In this document: positions 31,185 through 41,377 of the stretch, piece after piece | Position numbering within the stretch: position 1 is the stretch's first letter | How the letters are laid out: every line of letters begins with the position of its first letter | Origin: Spirochaetia bacterium | GTDB lineage: Bacteria > Spirochaetota > Spirochaetia > SZUA-6 > Bin103 | Direction: 5' to 3' | Length of the DNA: 64,000 bases | Assembly (NCBI GenBank): GCA_965208575.1 | Contig: CBDBOV010000004.1 | Span: 32,001-96,000, forward strand | Translations under genes and position numbers: made by a program | Notes under the pieces: model-generated | What the model saw: only the letters and a program-made list of their open reading frames with translations | Databases searched by the model: none | Told to the model about the DNA's origin: nothing

Positions 31185-34100
31185 TCACTGAGGTCGCTCA
31201 CTCTCCGGCTCGAACACCAGTTCGGGGACCACCGCCTCCCAGGCGTCGCATCTCAGGGAGTCGCGGTATTTCGGGTCTGACCCCTCCCGGTTCCAGCCCA
31301 CGACCGCGAACACTTCCGCCTGCCGGCACCGTGACCCGGACGGCGGCCTGAACGACCCGGCGAGGCGTCCCACAACTCGCCCGGCCCGGTCCAGCAGCGT
31401 CCACCGCCCGTCCTCTCCGACCCGCACGTCCAACCGATCGCCGATCGACAGCGCTGTGATGGCGCCGTGTACAGGATCGCCGGCACGACGGCGTCCCGCG
31501 AATCCCAGATCGACCTCCTGGAGGGTGGGCCGAACATGGCGGCGCTCCATCGCCTCCGGGCTCGGAGCAAGTTCGACAGCCTCGCGACGGATCGTGGCTG
31601 GATGGTCAGCCAGTTCGCCATGAAAGCTCCGGGAGCCGTCGAGCCCTGCCAGCGTCAGAGTCTGCCGGGCCCGCGTCATCGCCACATAGTACAACCGGCG
31701 CGGCGCGTCGGGATCCTCGTCGCGGCCCACGCGGCCCCAGCCGCCGTCCAGGACCGCCACGTGATCGAACTGCAGCCCCTTGGCGCGATGGGCGGTGAGC
31801 AGCAGCAGTCCCCGCTGGCGGCGGCGTATGTCCCGACCCCACTCGGCAAGCCACTCGATGAATTGGTCCACCGGTGTTTCTCCGCCGCCGGTTTCCAGCG
31901 CGTGTTCCTCGACCGCCTGCCGCAGCAGTTCGTGCCAGGGATCGGAGGGCCTCCCATCGGCCCACCCGCGCAGAGACGCGCCGTCGACAATCCGCGTTTC
32001 ACGTCCGCGCAGCCATGCCACGAACGCCCGAGTTTCCCGCAGGCGCCAGAAACTGGGGATCTCCTCGTTCGCCATCTGTACCGGGACGTCATGCACCTCG
32101 CAGAACGCCCGCACCGGAACCAGGTACTCCCACTCGCGCGCGATGACCGCGCACCGCGACCAGTCCCATTCCTGCGCCAGCTCACAGAGGCGCAGCAACT
32201 CCGCCATGACGGTCCGCGCCTGGCCGACCGGATCGCCTCCGGCCGGCAGAATCTGAACCCGCCCGCGCGAGACCGGGTCCAGCGCCGCCCACGCTCCGCC
32301 CGGCGGGTCCCCCTCGCGCGCGCGGTCCACACGGATGGGATTTGCCGCCTTCATGCGGTTCCGCGCAGGTTCGATCACCGCGTTGGCCGCCGTCACGATA
32401 CGGGCGGTCGAACGGTAATTGGCGGTCAGGTAGACGGGCTTCGGCCCGTAGTCCGCCTCGAAGCGCCGGATGAACTCCACCGACGCTCCGTTGAATGAAT
32501 AGATATTCTGATCGTCGTCGCCGACGGCGAACAGGGTGAGCTTGCCCGCGTCGTCTTCCAGCGTGCGGCCGGCCAGCGCCGAGATCAGCTCATACTGCTC
32601 CAGAGCCACATCCTGGTATTCGTCGACGAGAATCCACCGGAAGCCGGCGAGCAGGCGCACGCGGCGCTCGTCCGCCTCCTCCTGCGACAGCTCCTCGCCG
32701 CGGAGGAGCGCGACCGCACGGTGCATCACGTCCTTGAACGTCGCGTCGTCCGGGCGCTCCGACCGGCCCGTGAAGCTCTGCCCCGCCAACCGTATGGCAA
32801 GCGCGTGGCAGGTGAGCACCGTCACGCCGCGCGCGTCGTCGCCGACCATCTCCGTGAGCCGGCGGCGGATATCGACGGCCGCGTGACGGTTGTAGGCCAG
32901 TGCGAGGATGCCCGCCGCGTTCTCCCGTCTGACGCGGATCAGCCAAGCGATGCGGTGCACCAGCACGCGCGTCTTGCCCGAGCCGGGGCCAGCGAGGACC
33001 AGCACGTTGGTCCGTTCCCGCTCGTCGGCCACGATGCGCTGCTGGACCGGGTTCCCCAGGCTCTCGACGATGGCGCGCCAGGACGCGGGCGTCGTCTGCC
33101 GGCCGATCTCCCGGTCTCGACCAGGCAGCCAGCGGGCGAGAAACTTCTCCTCCGTGAGCGTGAAGTAGTCCATGGCCAGACGCACGGCCTCGCTCATGGT
33201 CGCGAGGCCGCGCTCGGCGAACTCCACCATGACGTGGACCTGCAGCACCTGTCCCTCGTAGTGAAGCGCGAGGGGCTCGAAGTCCGTCCTGGAGAACCCG
33301 CGCCGGTCCCGCTGCTCCAGCCGGATCGTCATCGCCGGGCGGAACACCGCCAGTCCCTTGTTGAGGCGGATCACCTCCAGTTCGTGGAGCCAGAGCAGGG
33401 CCCGGTCCAGCAGCTTGGCGGGGTTCCGGACTCTGGATTTCAGCATAAGATCGGACTCGATCGCCTGCAGGAGTTTCCCGAGCGTGGTCTCTGCCAGGAG
33501 ATCGGTGCCGCGGATTCCGGACGGAAGGCAGCTCAGGAGATGTGCCAGCAGCCGGCCGGCTGCATCGCGGCGTATGTCGGCGGTCTCTTGCAGCTTACCC
33601 CAGTTGCGATGCAGCGTGATCCATGCGGTCTCCGCGTCCCGCTTGCGCACCGTGAGGCTGCCCGCGGCGCCGTCGTCCTCGCCCCTGCCGTCGAAGGCGA
33701 TGCCCCGCACGATCCGGAACAATCGTTCCGGCAGCGGATCGACCAAACCCTGGTCCCGCAGCCCCTGGGCCGCGATACGCAGATGGAGTGACGAACTGTC
33801 TCCCTTGCCGAGGTCGGGAGCCGCCTCCTGCATGTGTTCGATAAGAGCGGTCTCCAAGGCAGCCGCCTCCTGGAGGCGTTTCCGCGACGAGCGGTCCACG
33901 CCGGTGTGGACGAACGCGGTCAGCGCCGTGTCGTTGCTGGCGATGCCGAACCGCTCCAGGTCGTACAGGGCGCCGCGCACCCGTTCCGGGCTCAGGCCCG
34001 AGATCGCCATCAGTTCGTCCGTGCTCACCCCCTCGTCGGCGTGCGCGCCGATCAGAGCTTCCGCGATCCGCAGGAGCTGCCTGCGATATGCTTCCGAGAT

Positions 34101-36341
34101 CCTTGCGCTGGTGAGCCGCCGTTTGGCCTCGTCGGCCGTGCTCACCCGGAGCGAGGACGGGAACACCTGCACGACATTCTCCTCGCGGGTGAGGAGTTGC
34201 GACTCCTCCAGCCAGGCGACGGCGGTCCGCACCCGGGTGTCGTCGGTCGCGGAGTCGCGTTCGAATGCTTTCTCCTCGTCCTCGCCGAGGATTTCGCCCG
34301 CGGTCGCCACCACGTCGCCGGCGAACCGCTTCTTCCGGTCGAGGTTGCGCAGGGCTCTCAGGATCCCGTGGATCTCCGCGCGGGTGAGGCGCGAGCGCGC
34401 CGACATGCCGAACTGCCGTTCGACATCGTCGGGCGCATAAAGTAGTACGCAACGGGCCGGGTCGCGGTCGCGCCCAGCGCGGCCAGCCTCTTGGAGATAG
34501 TTCTCCAGCGAGCCTGGTATGTCAGCGTGGACCACCAACCGCACGTCCGGCTTGTCGATCCCCATCCCGAAGGCGTTGGTGGCCGAGATCGCGCGCAGAT
34601 CGCCGGAAATGAAGCGCCGCTGCACCTCCTTCTTCGTTTCCGGAGACAGGCCCGCGTGGAACCGGTCCGCGGCGAGCCCCTTCAACTGAAGGTAGTCCGC
34701 GACGTCCTCGCTCTGCTGCCGCGTCGCACAGTAGACGATCGCGCCGCCCGGCGCGTCGGGCGGCAGATGAGACGCCAGAACCTGATGGATATCCGAGAAC
34801 TTCTCTCCTCCCGTGGTCGGGATCACCTCGAAGGTGAGATTGGCGCGTTCTGCACCGCCGTTGAACACGGCCAATTCGATGTCGAGTTGGTCCCGGAAGT
34901 GCCGGGCGATGTCCCCGACGACATCGGGTTTGGCGGTAGCGGTCAGGCACACGACCGGAGGTATCGGTCCGTCACCTGCTTGCTCGCGGATGAAGCGCCC
35001 CACATAGCGGTAGTCGGGCCGGAAGTCGTGGCCCCAGCGCGACAGGCAGTGCGCCTCGTCCAGCACCCAGCCGCCGATCTCGCGCTGGTCCAGAGCCCGC
35101 CGCACGGAGCGCGAACGCAGTTGCTCCGGCGCGATCAGCAGGATGCCGGCGTCTCCCAGCCGGATCCGGTCCAGGTCGTCGCCCCGCTCCGGCATCGACA
35201 ACAGGCCGTTGATGGTCACGCAGCAGCCAATGCCCCGCTGCTCCAGGCCAGCAACCTGGTCCGCCATCAGCGCGACCAGGGGCGATATCACGACCGTCAA
35301 CGCACCGGTCTTGTCGTAGCGCGAAAGCGCAGGGATCTGGTAGCAGAGCGACTTCCCGGTGCCGGTGGGGAGAATCCCGAGCACGTGCCGTCTCGCCATC
35401 GCCTCCTCGACGATGGCCTGCTGCATTGGCCTGCCGTCGGCATCCGGCGGTTCAGGACGAAAGCCGTCGTACCCGAACCAGCGTTTCAACTCCTTGCCCG
35501 CGTCATGGCGCTGCCGGCACCAACCGCAGGCCGGATCGGTGCAGGCAGTATCCCTGAGGCGGCGCACCAGTCGCCCCGCTTCCGGAAACTGGTGGCGCAC
35601 CCAGGGCGGCATCACCGAGTTGCCGCCCGCCACCGACAGCCATGCCAGGGCATAAGCCAGCGCCCAGCCGAGCTTAGCCCCCATCGCGATTACCTCGCTC
35701 GCTTGGGTGGTGCAAGCGGCACTCTCCAGTCTCCGGTCAATCGCCGCCATGGCCTCGGCCTGAGATGGACGGCGAACTCGCCGAGCCTGCCGGAAGAGTC
35801 GGTCCAGAGCGCGGTCCGCGCCGGTGTAATCCGGCGTGCACAACCAGTGCCATGCGGCGAGCAGATCCGGTGCGGCCTTGGCCAAGGCCTCGCGCTGGTC
35901 GCCGAAGAGTCTCAGCGCTATGCGGGAGTCGAGCTCGGGATCGTTCACTCGGCCACGTTTGAGACCGCCGTCCTGATAGTGTTTGATGAGGCTGTGGTAG
36001 GGGTTGCGGGGAAAGGCGAGCGGGCTTAGCCGCAACGTGTCAACCGCTGGCAGCTTGAGCAGCCGGAGGTCCGGCTTCGCCGCCGCCAGGTAGGGCAGGT
36101 CGAAGGCAATCAGATTGTGCCCCAGCACGACGGACGCGCCCTCGGCGAAGTCGTCGAGCCTCGCCAGAGCGGCGAACAGTCCGCCGCCGGAATGCACCAG
36201 GCTCCGGCCGGTGTCCGCTCGAACCGCCGCCAGGGTATGAATTCGGTTATCCTTGCCGATTTCCAGATCCAGCGAGAGGCAACGTGGTGCAGATTTCGTA
36301 TCCACACTGACCCACTCAGGTTGCAAGCGCCAAGCGCTCAA
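31185..36341 (-). CDS. Large DEDD-exonuclease-like / RecQ / UvrD fusion helicase
   Basis: Exonuclease-like: LDLE, HNLIAFD. RecQ: PTGTGKSLCYQ, DEAHCLSRWGHDFRPDY, ATNAFGMGIDK, QEAGRAGRD. UvrD: AGPGSGKT, VDEYQD, VGDDDQNIY, TAHRAKGLQF, YVAMTRAR. Exact start uncertain. Confidence 0.88.
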   Translation of the reverse strand: MSAWRLQPEWVSVDTKSAPRCLSLDLEIGKDNRIHTLAAVRADTGRSLVHSGGGLFAALARLDDFAEGASVVLGHNLIAFDLPYLAAAKPDLRLLKLPAVDTLRLSPLAFPRNPYHSLIKHYQDGGLKRGRVNDPELDSRIALRLFGDQREALAKAAPDLLAAWHWLCTPDYTGADRALDRLFRQARRVRRPSQAEAMAAIDRRLESAACTTQASEVIAMGAKLGWALAYALAWLSVAGGNSVMPPWVRHQFPEAGRLVRRLRDTACTDPACGWCRQRHDAGKELKRWFGYDGFRPEPPDADGRPMQQAIVEEAMARRHVLGILPTGTGKSLCYQIPALSRYDKTGALTVVISPLVALMADQVAGLEQRGIGCCVTINGLLSMPERGDDLDRIRLGDAGILLIAPEQLRSRSVRRALDQREIGGWVLDEAHCLSRWGHDFRPDYRYVGRFIREQAGDGPIPPVVCLTATAKPDVVGDIARHFRDQLDIELAVFNGGAERANLTFEVIPTTGGEKFSDIHQVLASHLPPDAPGGAIVYCATRQQSEDVADYLQLKGLAADRFHAGLSPETKKEVQRRFISGDLRAISATNAFGMGIDKPDVRLVVHADIPGSLENYLQEAGRAGRDRDPARCVLLYAPDDVERQFGMSARSRLTRAEIHGILRALRNLDRKKRFAGDVVATAGEILGEDEEKAFERDSATDDTRVRTAVAWLEESQLLTREENVVQVFPSSLRVSTADEAKRRLTSARISEAYRRQLLRIAEALIGAHADEGVSTDELMAISGLSPERVRGALYDLERFGIASNDTALTAFVHTGVDRSSRKRLQEAAALETALIEHMQEAAPDLGKGDSSSLHLRIAAQGLRDQGLVDPLPERLFRIVRGIAFDGRGEDDGAAGSLTVRKRDAETAWITLHRNWGKLQETADIRRDAAGRLLAHLLSCLPSGIRGTDLLAETTLGKLLQAIESDLMLKSRVRNPAKLLDRALLWLHELEVIRLNKGLAVFRPAMTIRLEQRDRRGFSRTDFEPLALHYEGQVLQVHVMVEFAERGLATMSEAVRLAMDYFTLTEEKFLARWLPGRDREIGRQTTPASWRAIVESLGNPVQQRIVADERERTNVLVLAGPGSGKTRVLVHRIAWLIRVRRENAAGILALAYNRHAAVDIRRRLTEMVGDDARGVTVLTCHALAIRLAGQSFTGRSERPDDATFKDVMHRAVALLRGEELSQEEADERRVRLLAGFRWILVDEYQDVALEQYELISALAGRTLEDDAGKLTLFAVGDDDQNIYSFNGASVEFIRRFEADYGPKPVYLTANYRSTARIVTAANAVIEPARNRMKAANPIRVDRAREGDPPGGAWAALDPVSRGRVQILPAGGDPVGQARTVMAELLRLCELAQEWDWSRCAVIAREWEYLVPVRAFCEVHDVPVQMANEEIPSFWRLRETRAFVAWLRGRETRIVDGASLRGWADGRPSDPWHELLRQAVEEHALETGGGETPVDQFIEWLAEWGRDIRRRQRGLLLLTAHRAKGLQFDHVAVLDGGWGRVGRDEDPDAPRRLYYVAMTRARQTLTLAGLDGSRSFHGELADHPATIRREAVELAPSPEAMERRHVRPTLQEVDLGFAGRRRAGDPVHGAITALSIGDRLDVRVGEDGRWTLLDRAGRVVGRLAGSFRPPSGSRCRQAEVFAVVGWNREGSDPKYRDSLRCDAWEAVVPELVFEPESERPQ

Positions 36342-36975
36342 CCTTGTTGCGGTGTACCTCCTTCTGTGTCCGAAAGATGCTTGCGTATGACCCCTGACTG
36401 GCGGGTCGTTTCAGGGACGCCCAAGCCGCAGGGCCTCGGGCAATCACGTCGCACCGGCAGTCCAGGATGGGGTGGGTTCTCACCGGCACAGCCCGACCCT
36501 ACTAGTACTGATCGTCAATCAGGTCCGCATCCCTGATGCATTTATGAACTGGTTGTCCGATGTAATCGAGCAGCATGGCGGGCAATTCCACGGGCCCGAC
36601 CTGGATACAAACTGAGAATCCGAGGCAGTCCTGGCTTGGAGAAATCGAAAAACATGCGCGCACCACTTGACGCGATTTTCAGGTCCCGTAGCGGCTCGCT
36701 ACGGCGTGCGGCGGACCTTCCGACTCTTTTTTGCCGAACGACTCGGCCTCCGTGGACGCGGCAGGCCCCGCTGAGCGGCTCTCCTGGCGCCGTCTCGCCG
36801 CCATCCAGGACTGCGCGGTGGCGCCGGCCGCGTTCGCCGGCCTGGAGCGTCACCTTGCCGCGTTTGAGTTGCTCCGGCGCCGCGCCGGGCCCGAGGTCAC
36901 GGTACATCCCGGTAGGCGATCAGGGTGAGGTTTTCGGCGATCGTCTGCGTACCGCGCTACGTGTTCGAGCCCTCG

Positions 36976-37005
36976 TTGACGCAACCGGTGCCGGGGTACT
37001 AGCAT
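36976..37005 (+). promoter_or_regulatory. sigma70-type promoter of a leaderless PhyH gene
   Basis: TTGACG-18 bp-TAGCAT, then 6 nt to the ATG at 37012. Confidence 0.6.
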
Positions 37006-37011
37006 CCGGGT

Positions 37012-37893
37012 ATGGCTACCACCTACGCTGCGCCCGCGCTGACTCCCGCCGATGCGGTCGCGGCGAAGCGTCTCCGGCAGTTGCAGGATGAGGGTTTCTG
37101 CATCGTTCCCGACATGGCGCCGCCGTCGCTCATCGAGCACACCCGCGCCTGTGCCGAACGGGCCATCGCCACGCAGGACGAAGAGCGCCTCGCGCGCACC
37201 CGGTCGCCGGGGACGCTGATCGACTCCGACGGCTATCCGGAGCTGGCCGACCTGATCGGCAACCCTGTTGCGCTTGCCGAGTTGCACCGCATGGGCTTCA
37301 CGGACATCAAGTTCTGGAAGGCCGTCATCATCAGCAAGCCGCCCGGCGGGCCGCGCCTGTACTGGCACCAGGACTGCATGCTGTGGCAGGACCCGCGCTC
37401 CTACAGCGAGGTGCCGGGGAAGATCTTCCTGATGTACTACCTGGAGGACACCAGCCGCCACAATGGGTGCCTGCGCCTGATACCGGGCAGCCATCGCCGG
37501 CGGCTCGACCTGCACGACCTGGGCGTGGCCCACGAGGTGGACATCAACAGCATGGAGAACTCCGCCGATCCGCGCTTCCTGGACCACGAGGGGGAGGTGG
37601 ACGTGCCAGTGCGGGCCGGCGACCTGGTGGTTGGCGATGCGCGCATGTTCCACGCCGCGCACAGCAACGAGTCGGACCAGCGCCGCACCGTCATCACCAT
37701 CTGGTTCTACCCGCTGTTCGGCGCGCTCCTGGAGCCGGTGCAGAGCTATTACCACAGCGAGATGCACCGCAAGCACGCCGAGTGGCCGGCGGACGCGCTG
37801 GCCAAGATCGCTCCGCTGATCCCGCGCTACGCGGGCGGCGAGCCGCCGATGGAGATTCACCGCACCCCCGACGCGCGCCTGCGCGCCGGCTGA
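37012..37893 (+). CDS. PhyH-family dioxygenase, close paralog of 22055-22951
   Basis: FWKAVIISKP, YWHQDC, FLMYYL and FHA shared with the paralog. Confidence 0.9.
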   Translation: MATTYAAPALTPADAVAAKRLRQLQDEGFCIVPDMAPPSLIEHTRACAERAIATQDEERLARTRSPGTLIDSDGYPELADLIGNPVALAELHRMGFTDIKFWKAVIISKPPGGPRLYWHQDCMLWQDPRSYSEVPGKIFLMYYLEDTSRHNGCLRLIPGSHRRRLDLHDLGVAHEVDINSMENSADPRFLDHEGEVDVPVRAGDLVVGDARMFHAAHSNESDQRRTVITIWFYPLFGALLEPVQSYYHSEMHRKHAEWPADALAKIAPLIPRYAGGEPPMEIHRTPDARLRAG

Positions 37894-38002
37894 AGGCAGG
37901 CGCACGCCTCGCAGCGCCGCTCACGTTGCTCCGGAACGCGACGTTGCGGGCGTATTTCAAGAGGTGGATTCGCGGGAGTAGGGCAGGCTAACCTGCGCCA
38001 CC

Positions 38003-38653
38003 GTGATCGAGTTCCCTCCGTCGCGAGCCCCGCGGTTCGCGTTCGCCGACACCCTCGCGGAGCAGGAAGAGCAGCTCCGGGGCAATCCGCTACGCTCCGC
38101 CCACCGGCACGTCGGCCGCACCGTGGTCACGCCGAACCGGGAGATCGTGCTCGATGACATCCGCGGCGACGCGATCGAGCTGAGCATCGAGGTCGACCCG
38201 AAGCACTCGTCTTTGTTCGAGGTCGACGTCCTGCGGTCCCCCGGCAAGGAGGAGTACACCCGCATCTGCCTCTACCACCGGCGAGGTCTCAAGTACCGGG
38301 AACCGTTGCCGGAAGACGTCGGCGCCAACTTGGTGATGTCCACGGCCCTGTCGACCGTGGCGCGGTACGAGAGCGTCATCACCATCGACAACTCGTGCTC
38401 CTCGACCTTGCCCGACGCCCTGTCGCGGCCGCCCGAGTCGGCCCCGGTGCTCATCGAGCCCGGCGAACCGGTACACCTGCGCATCTTCGTCGACCGCAGC
38501 GTGGTCGAAGTGTTCGTCAACGGCAGACAGTGCGTCGCAGTCCGCGTCTACCCGGGCCGCCCCGACAGCAAGGGCGTCTCCCTCATCTCCCGCGGCCAGG
38601 AGTCCCTGGTCCACTCCCTGGACTGCTGGCAAATGACCAGCATCTACGAGTGA
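38003..38653 (+). pseudogene. GH32-family remnant: C-terminal beta-sandwich only
   Basis: LRIFVDRSVVEVFVNG...RVYP is the GH32 C-terminal signature. No NDPNG/RDP/EC propeller motifs. Confidence 0.65.
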
Positions 38654-38672
38654 GGACGGGCAAAGCCGTTGG

Positions 38673-39701
38673 TCAGTGCAGGGTTATGGTTTCACCCGTT
38701 CGGGCGGATTGCAGGATGGCGTGGGAGACTTGTAGCGCCTTGTGGCCATCCGTCACGGAGGCGAGGGGTTTGCGTCCTGTGGCGATCGATTCGATGAAAT
38801 CGTCGGTCTGGCGGCGGTAGGACTGGTCGTCGAGGTCGTCCTGCAGCATCTCGACGACTTCGAACTCGTCGTCGTCGGTCTTGCGGTGGAACTCGCGGCT
38901 GCACCAGATGCCGTTGTTGCCGAGCGCGGTGCCCGACACGAACGCCGTGCCGCGTGTGCCGAGCACGCCGCGGCTGTTGAAGCCGATGCGGCTCGACCAG
39001 CTCGCGTTGATCACCGCCGAGGCGCCGCTGCGCAACCGCAGCAGTACGTGCGCATTGTTGTCGAAGCCGTCCAGGTCGGTGGCGGTGCTGAAGGTGACGC
39101 CGCTGACCGCCGCGACCTCGTCGGCCATGATCCAGCGCACCAGGTCGATGTCGTGCGACAGCGACTCCACCGTCATGCCGCACAGCGTGGCCGGGTCGGT
39201 GCGCCAGTTGTTGCCGCGCGCCGTCCCGAGTGCGCCGGCGCCCATGCCGAAGCGCTGGCACCAGAAGTGGTGCAGCCTGCCGAGCGAGCCTCCCCGCGCG
39301 GTGTCGTGGAGACGCCGGTAGCCGGTCCGGTACCGCTGGTTGAAGCCCATCACCGCCCCAACGTCCTGGCGCTCCGCCGCTTCGACAATCGCCGCGCCGT
39401 CGTCCTCGGTGACGGCGAGCGGTTTCTCGCAGAACACGTGCTTTCCCGCGGCGATCGCCGGCACGGCGTACTCGCGGCGGAACCCCGGCGGGGTAAGAAC
39501 GTACACGGCATCGCACCGCTCCAGCGCCGGGGCGAGGCAGTCGAACGGCTCACCGCCCCAGCGCGCCGCAAACCGCTCGCGCCGTTCGCGGTCAATGTCG
39601 ACCGCCGCCACGATTTCGGCGTCGCGGTTCTCTGCCAGCGCGAGACCGTGCTGCCGGGCGATTCCGCCGGTACCGACCACCGCGATCCTGACCTGCGCCA
39701 T
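38673..39701 (-). CDS. Gfo/Idh/MocA oxidoreductase
   Basis: VGTGGIA, HVFCEKPLA, GFNQRY and SHDID. Confidence 0.9.
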   Translation of the reverse strand: MAQVRIAVVGTGGIARQHGLALAENRDAEIVAAVDIDRERRERFAARWGGEPFDCLAPALERCDAVYVLTPPGFRREYAVPAIAAGKHVFCEKPLAVTEDDGAAIVEAAERQDVGAVMGFNQRYRTGYRRLHDTARGGSLGRLHHFWCQRFGMGAGALGTARGNNWRTDPATLCGMTVESLSHDIDLVRWIMADEVAAVSGVTFSTATDLDGFDNNAHVLLRLRSGASAVINASWSSRIGFNSRGVLGTRGTAFVSGTALGNNGIWCSREFHRKTDDDEFEVVEMLQDDLDDQSYRRQTDDFIESIATGRKPLASVTDGHKALQVSHAILQSARTGETITLH

Positions 39702-39744
39702 GATGCGGACTGTCCACCGGATGGCCGTGCAGCGGCAAGGGGCG
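39679..39744. repeat. 66-bp direct repeat, copy 1 (5' end and upstream of the Gfo/Idh gene)
   Basis: Matches 41247-41312 with 5 mismatches. Confidence 0.85.
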
Positions 39745-39965
39745 CCGGTCTTCGTGATCTGCATCGGCTTCGGCGCAGCCGATCAGCGTGTTTCCGCGGC
39801 TGTTCAGGACAGGGGTGGGACGGGAAGAGATCCGAACGCGTAGATTGGAGTTAACGGTCCGGATATGAAATAAGTGTACTATTAGCGGCAGGTACTCGAA
39901 AAACTTATAAATTTGAATTATTGTTAGGAAGGTCTGTCTCCTTGAGGCGTCCTGTGTCGGAAACA

Positions 39966-41180
39966 ATGGTGAGATTGAGATCATCGTACTCTCTTCCCTT
40001 CGGCTTGGGTCGCGCCGGTCTGGTGCTGCTCCTGCTCCTCGCGCTCGCGGGGTGTGCGGGGATGGAATCCCGTTCGCCCACGCCCGTGGTCACCATCGAA
40101 TGGGAGGCGAAGCGGGTAGCCGCGGGCAGTCCGGTGCACTTCCTGGTCCGGGCAGCACCGGCCCCGCGGGCGGCCCTGACCATCGGGGTCAAGATCACCG
40201 CCTCCGGCTGCGAGCTTACGCATGCGCCGAGGTCGGTGACGATCGTCGCGGGCGAGTCGCTCGCCATGCTGATGGTGACGACCGGCACCCAGGTCGGCGA
40301 CGCGGGTTGCGTGGTCACCGCCGCGATCGCCGGCGGCGCGGGCTACCGGAAGAGCGATGGAGACGCCGCGTCGGCCAGCGCCACCGTGACGCCGGAGCAG
40401 ACTCGGGAGCCTCGGGCGCCGATGCTGCCGGTGGTGACCATCATGGAGACCGCCAAGTCGGTAGCGGAGGGCAGCCCGGTGTCGTTCACGCTGACCGCGA
40501 CGCCGCCACCGGCGTCCGACTTGCCGGTCACCGTGCGCTGGTCGGAGATTGGCTCGTTCCTGCCGCCGAGCCCTCCGGAGACGGTCACCATCCCGAGGAC
40601 CGGAACGGTGGAGTTGACGGAGACCATCCCCGACGACAGTGCGGACGAGGTAGACGGCTCGGTGACGGTCGCCGTCGAACCCGGCAGCGATTACAGGGTC
40701 GGTTCGCCGGGCTCGGCCACCGTGGCCGTCGCCGACAACGACCAAGCCCCGACCGGAGCGACGCCGTCGCCGCCGCCACCCACAACCGGGGAACCTCAAG
40801 GACCTCAAGGGGCGACAGGGCCGACCGTTTCGGTGGGCATCGCGGCAGACGCTTCGAGCGTGACCGAGGGTGAAACTGCATCGTTCACGGTGACCGCCGA
40901 TCCGGCGCCGCTGTCCGACCTGGTTGTCAAATTCTCAGTAGGTGCGGCTTACACAGTGGAAGAACCGATGCTCATGTTGGACGTAGGGTGGTTGGACAGC
41001 ATTTCGTTGACGGTCACGATCTCCGCATCGTCCAGCACGGCAACCTACAGCATAGGCACCCCCGATGACGGTAAGCCACAGAGGACAGCCTACGTGACCG
41101 TCACGGTGGCTCCGGGCACCGGCTACGTGGTCGACCCTCGTAGGCAATCTGCGCAAGTCTCACTGGTTCACAAGGCCTGA
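39966..41180 (+). CDS. Predicted lipoprotein with three Calx-beta/Ig-like repeats
   Basis: Lipobox LAGC. Repeated V.EG..V.F...A.P.P...L.V...GY.V....SA.V units and a Pro-rich linker. Confidence 0.65.
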   Translation: MVRLRSSYSLPFGLGRAGLVLLLLLALAGCAGMESRSPTPVVTIEWEAKRVAAGSPVHFLVRAAPAPRAALTIGVKITASGCELTHAPRSVTIVAGESLAMLMVTTGTQVGDAGCVVTAAIAGGAGYRKSDGDAASASATVTPEQTREPRAPMLPVVTIMETAKSVAEGSPVSFTLTATPPPASDLPVTVRWSEIGSFLPPSPPETVTIPRTGTVELTETIPDDSADEVDGSVTVAVEPGSDYRVGSPGSATVAVADNDQAPTGATPSPPPPTTGEPQGPQGATGPTVSVGIAADASSVTEGETASFTVTADPAPLSDLVVKFSVGAAYTVEEPMLMLDVGWLDSISLTVTISASSSTATYSIGTPDDGKPQRTAYVTVTVAPGTGYVVDPRRQSAQVSLVHKA

Positions 41181-41246
41181 TCGACCGCGCCTGCCGCGGG
41201 ACGGCGCGCCTTCGAGCGGGGTGTCCGGCCCCGCGCGGGGGCACCG

Positions 41247-41312
41247 ACCGCGACCTTGATCTGCGCCATGATGCGGACTGTCCACCGGCTGGCCGTGCAG
41301 CGGCAAGAGGCG
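41247..41312. repeat. 66-bp direct repeat, copy 2 (encodes MAQIKVAV stub on the minus strand)
   Basis: Matches 39679-39744. Confidence 0.85.
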
Positions 41313-41377
41313 GCGGCGTCGCATGGCCACGGCGAGCCGCAACCTGATAGCATCCGTGCGGAAGGGAGGAAAGAGCG

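Noticed and set aside
36342-36975. Possible ncRNA or small genes upstream of the helicase
   Set aside because: Only short, unconvincing ORF fragments and no recognisable RNA motif.
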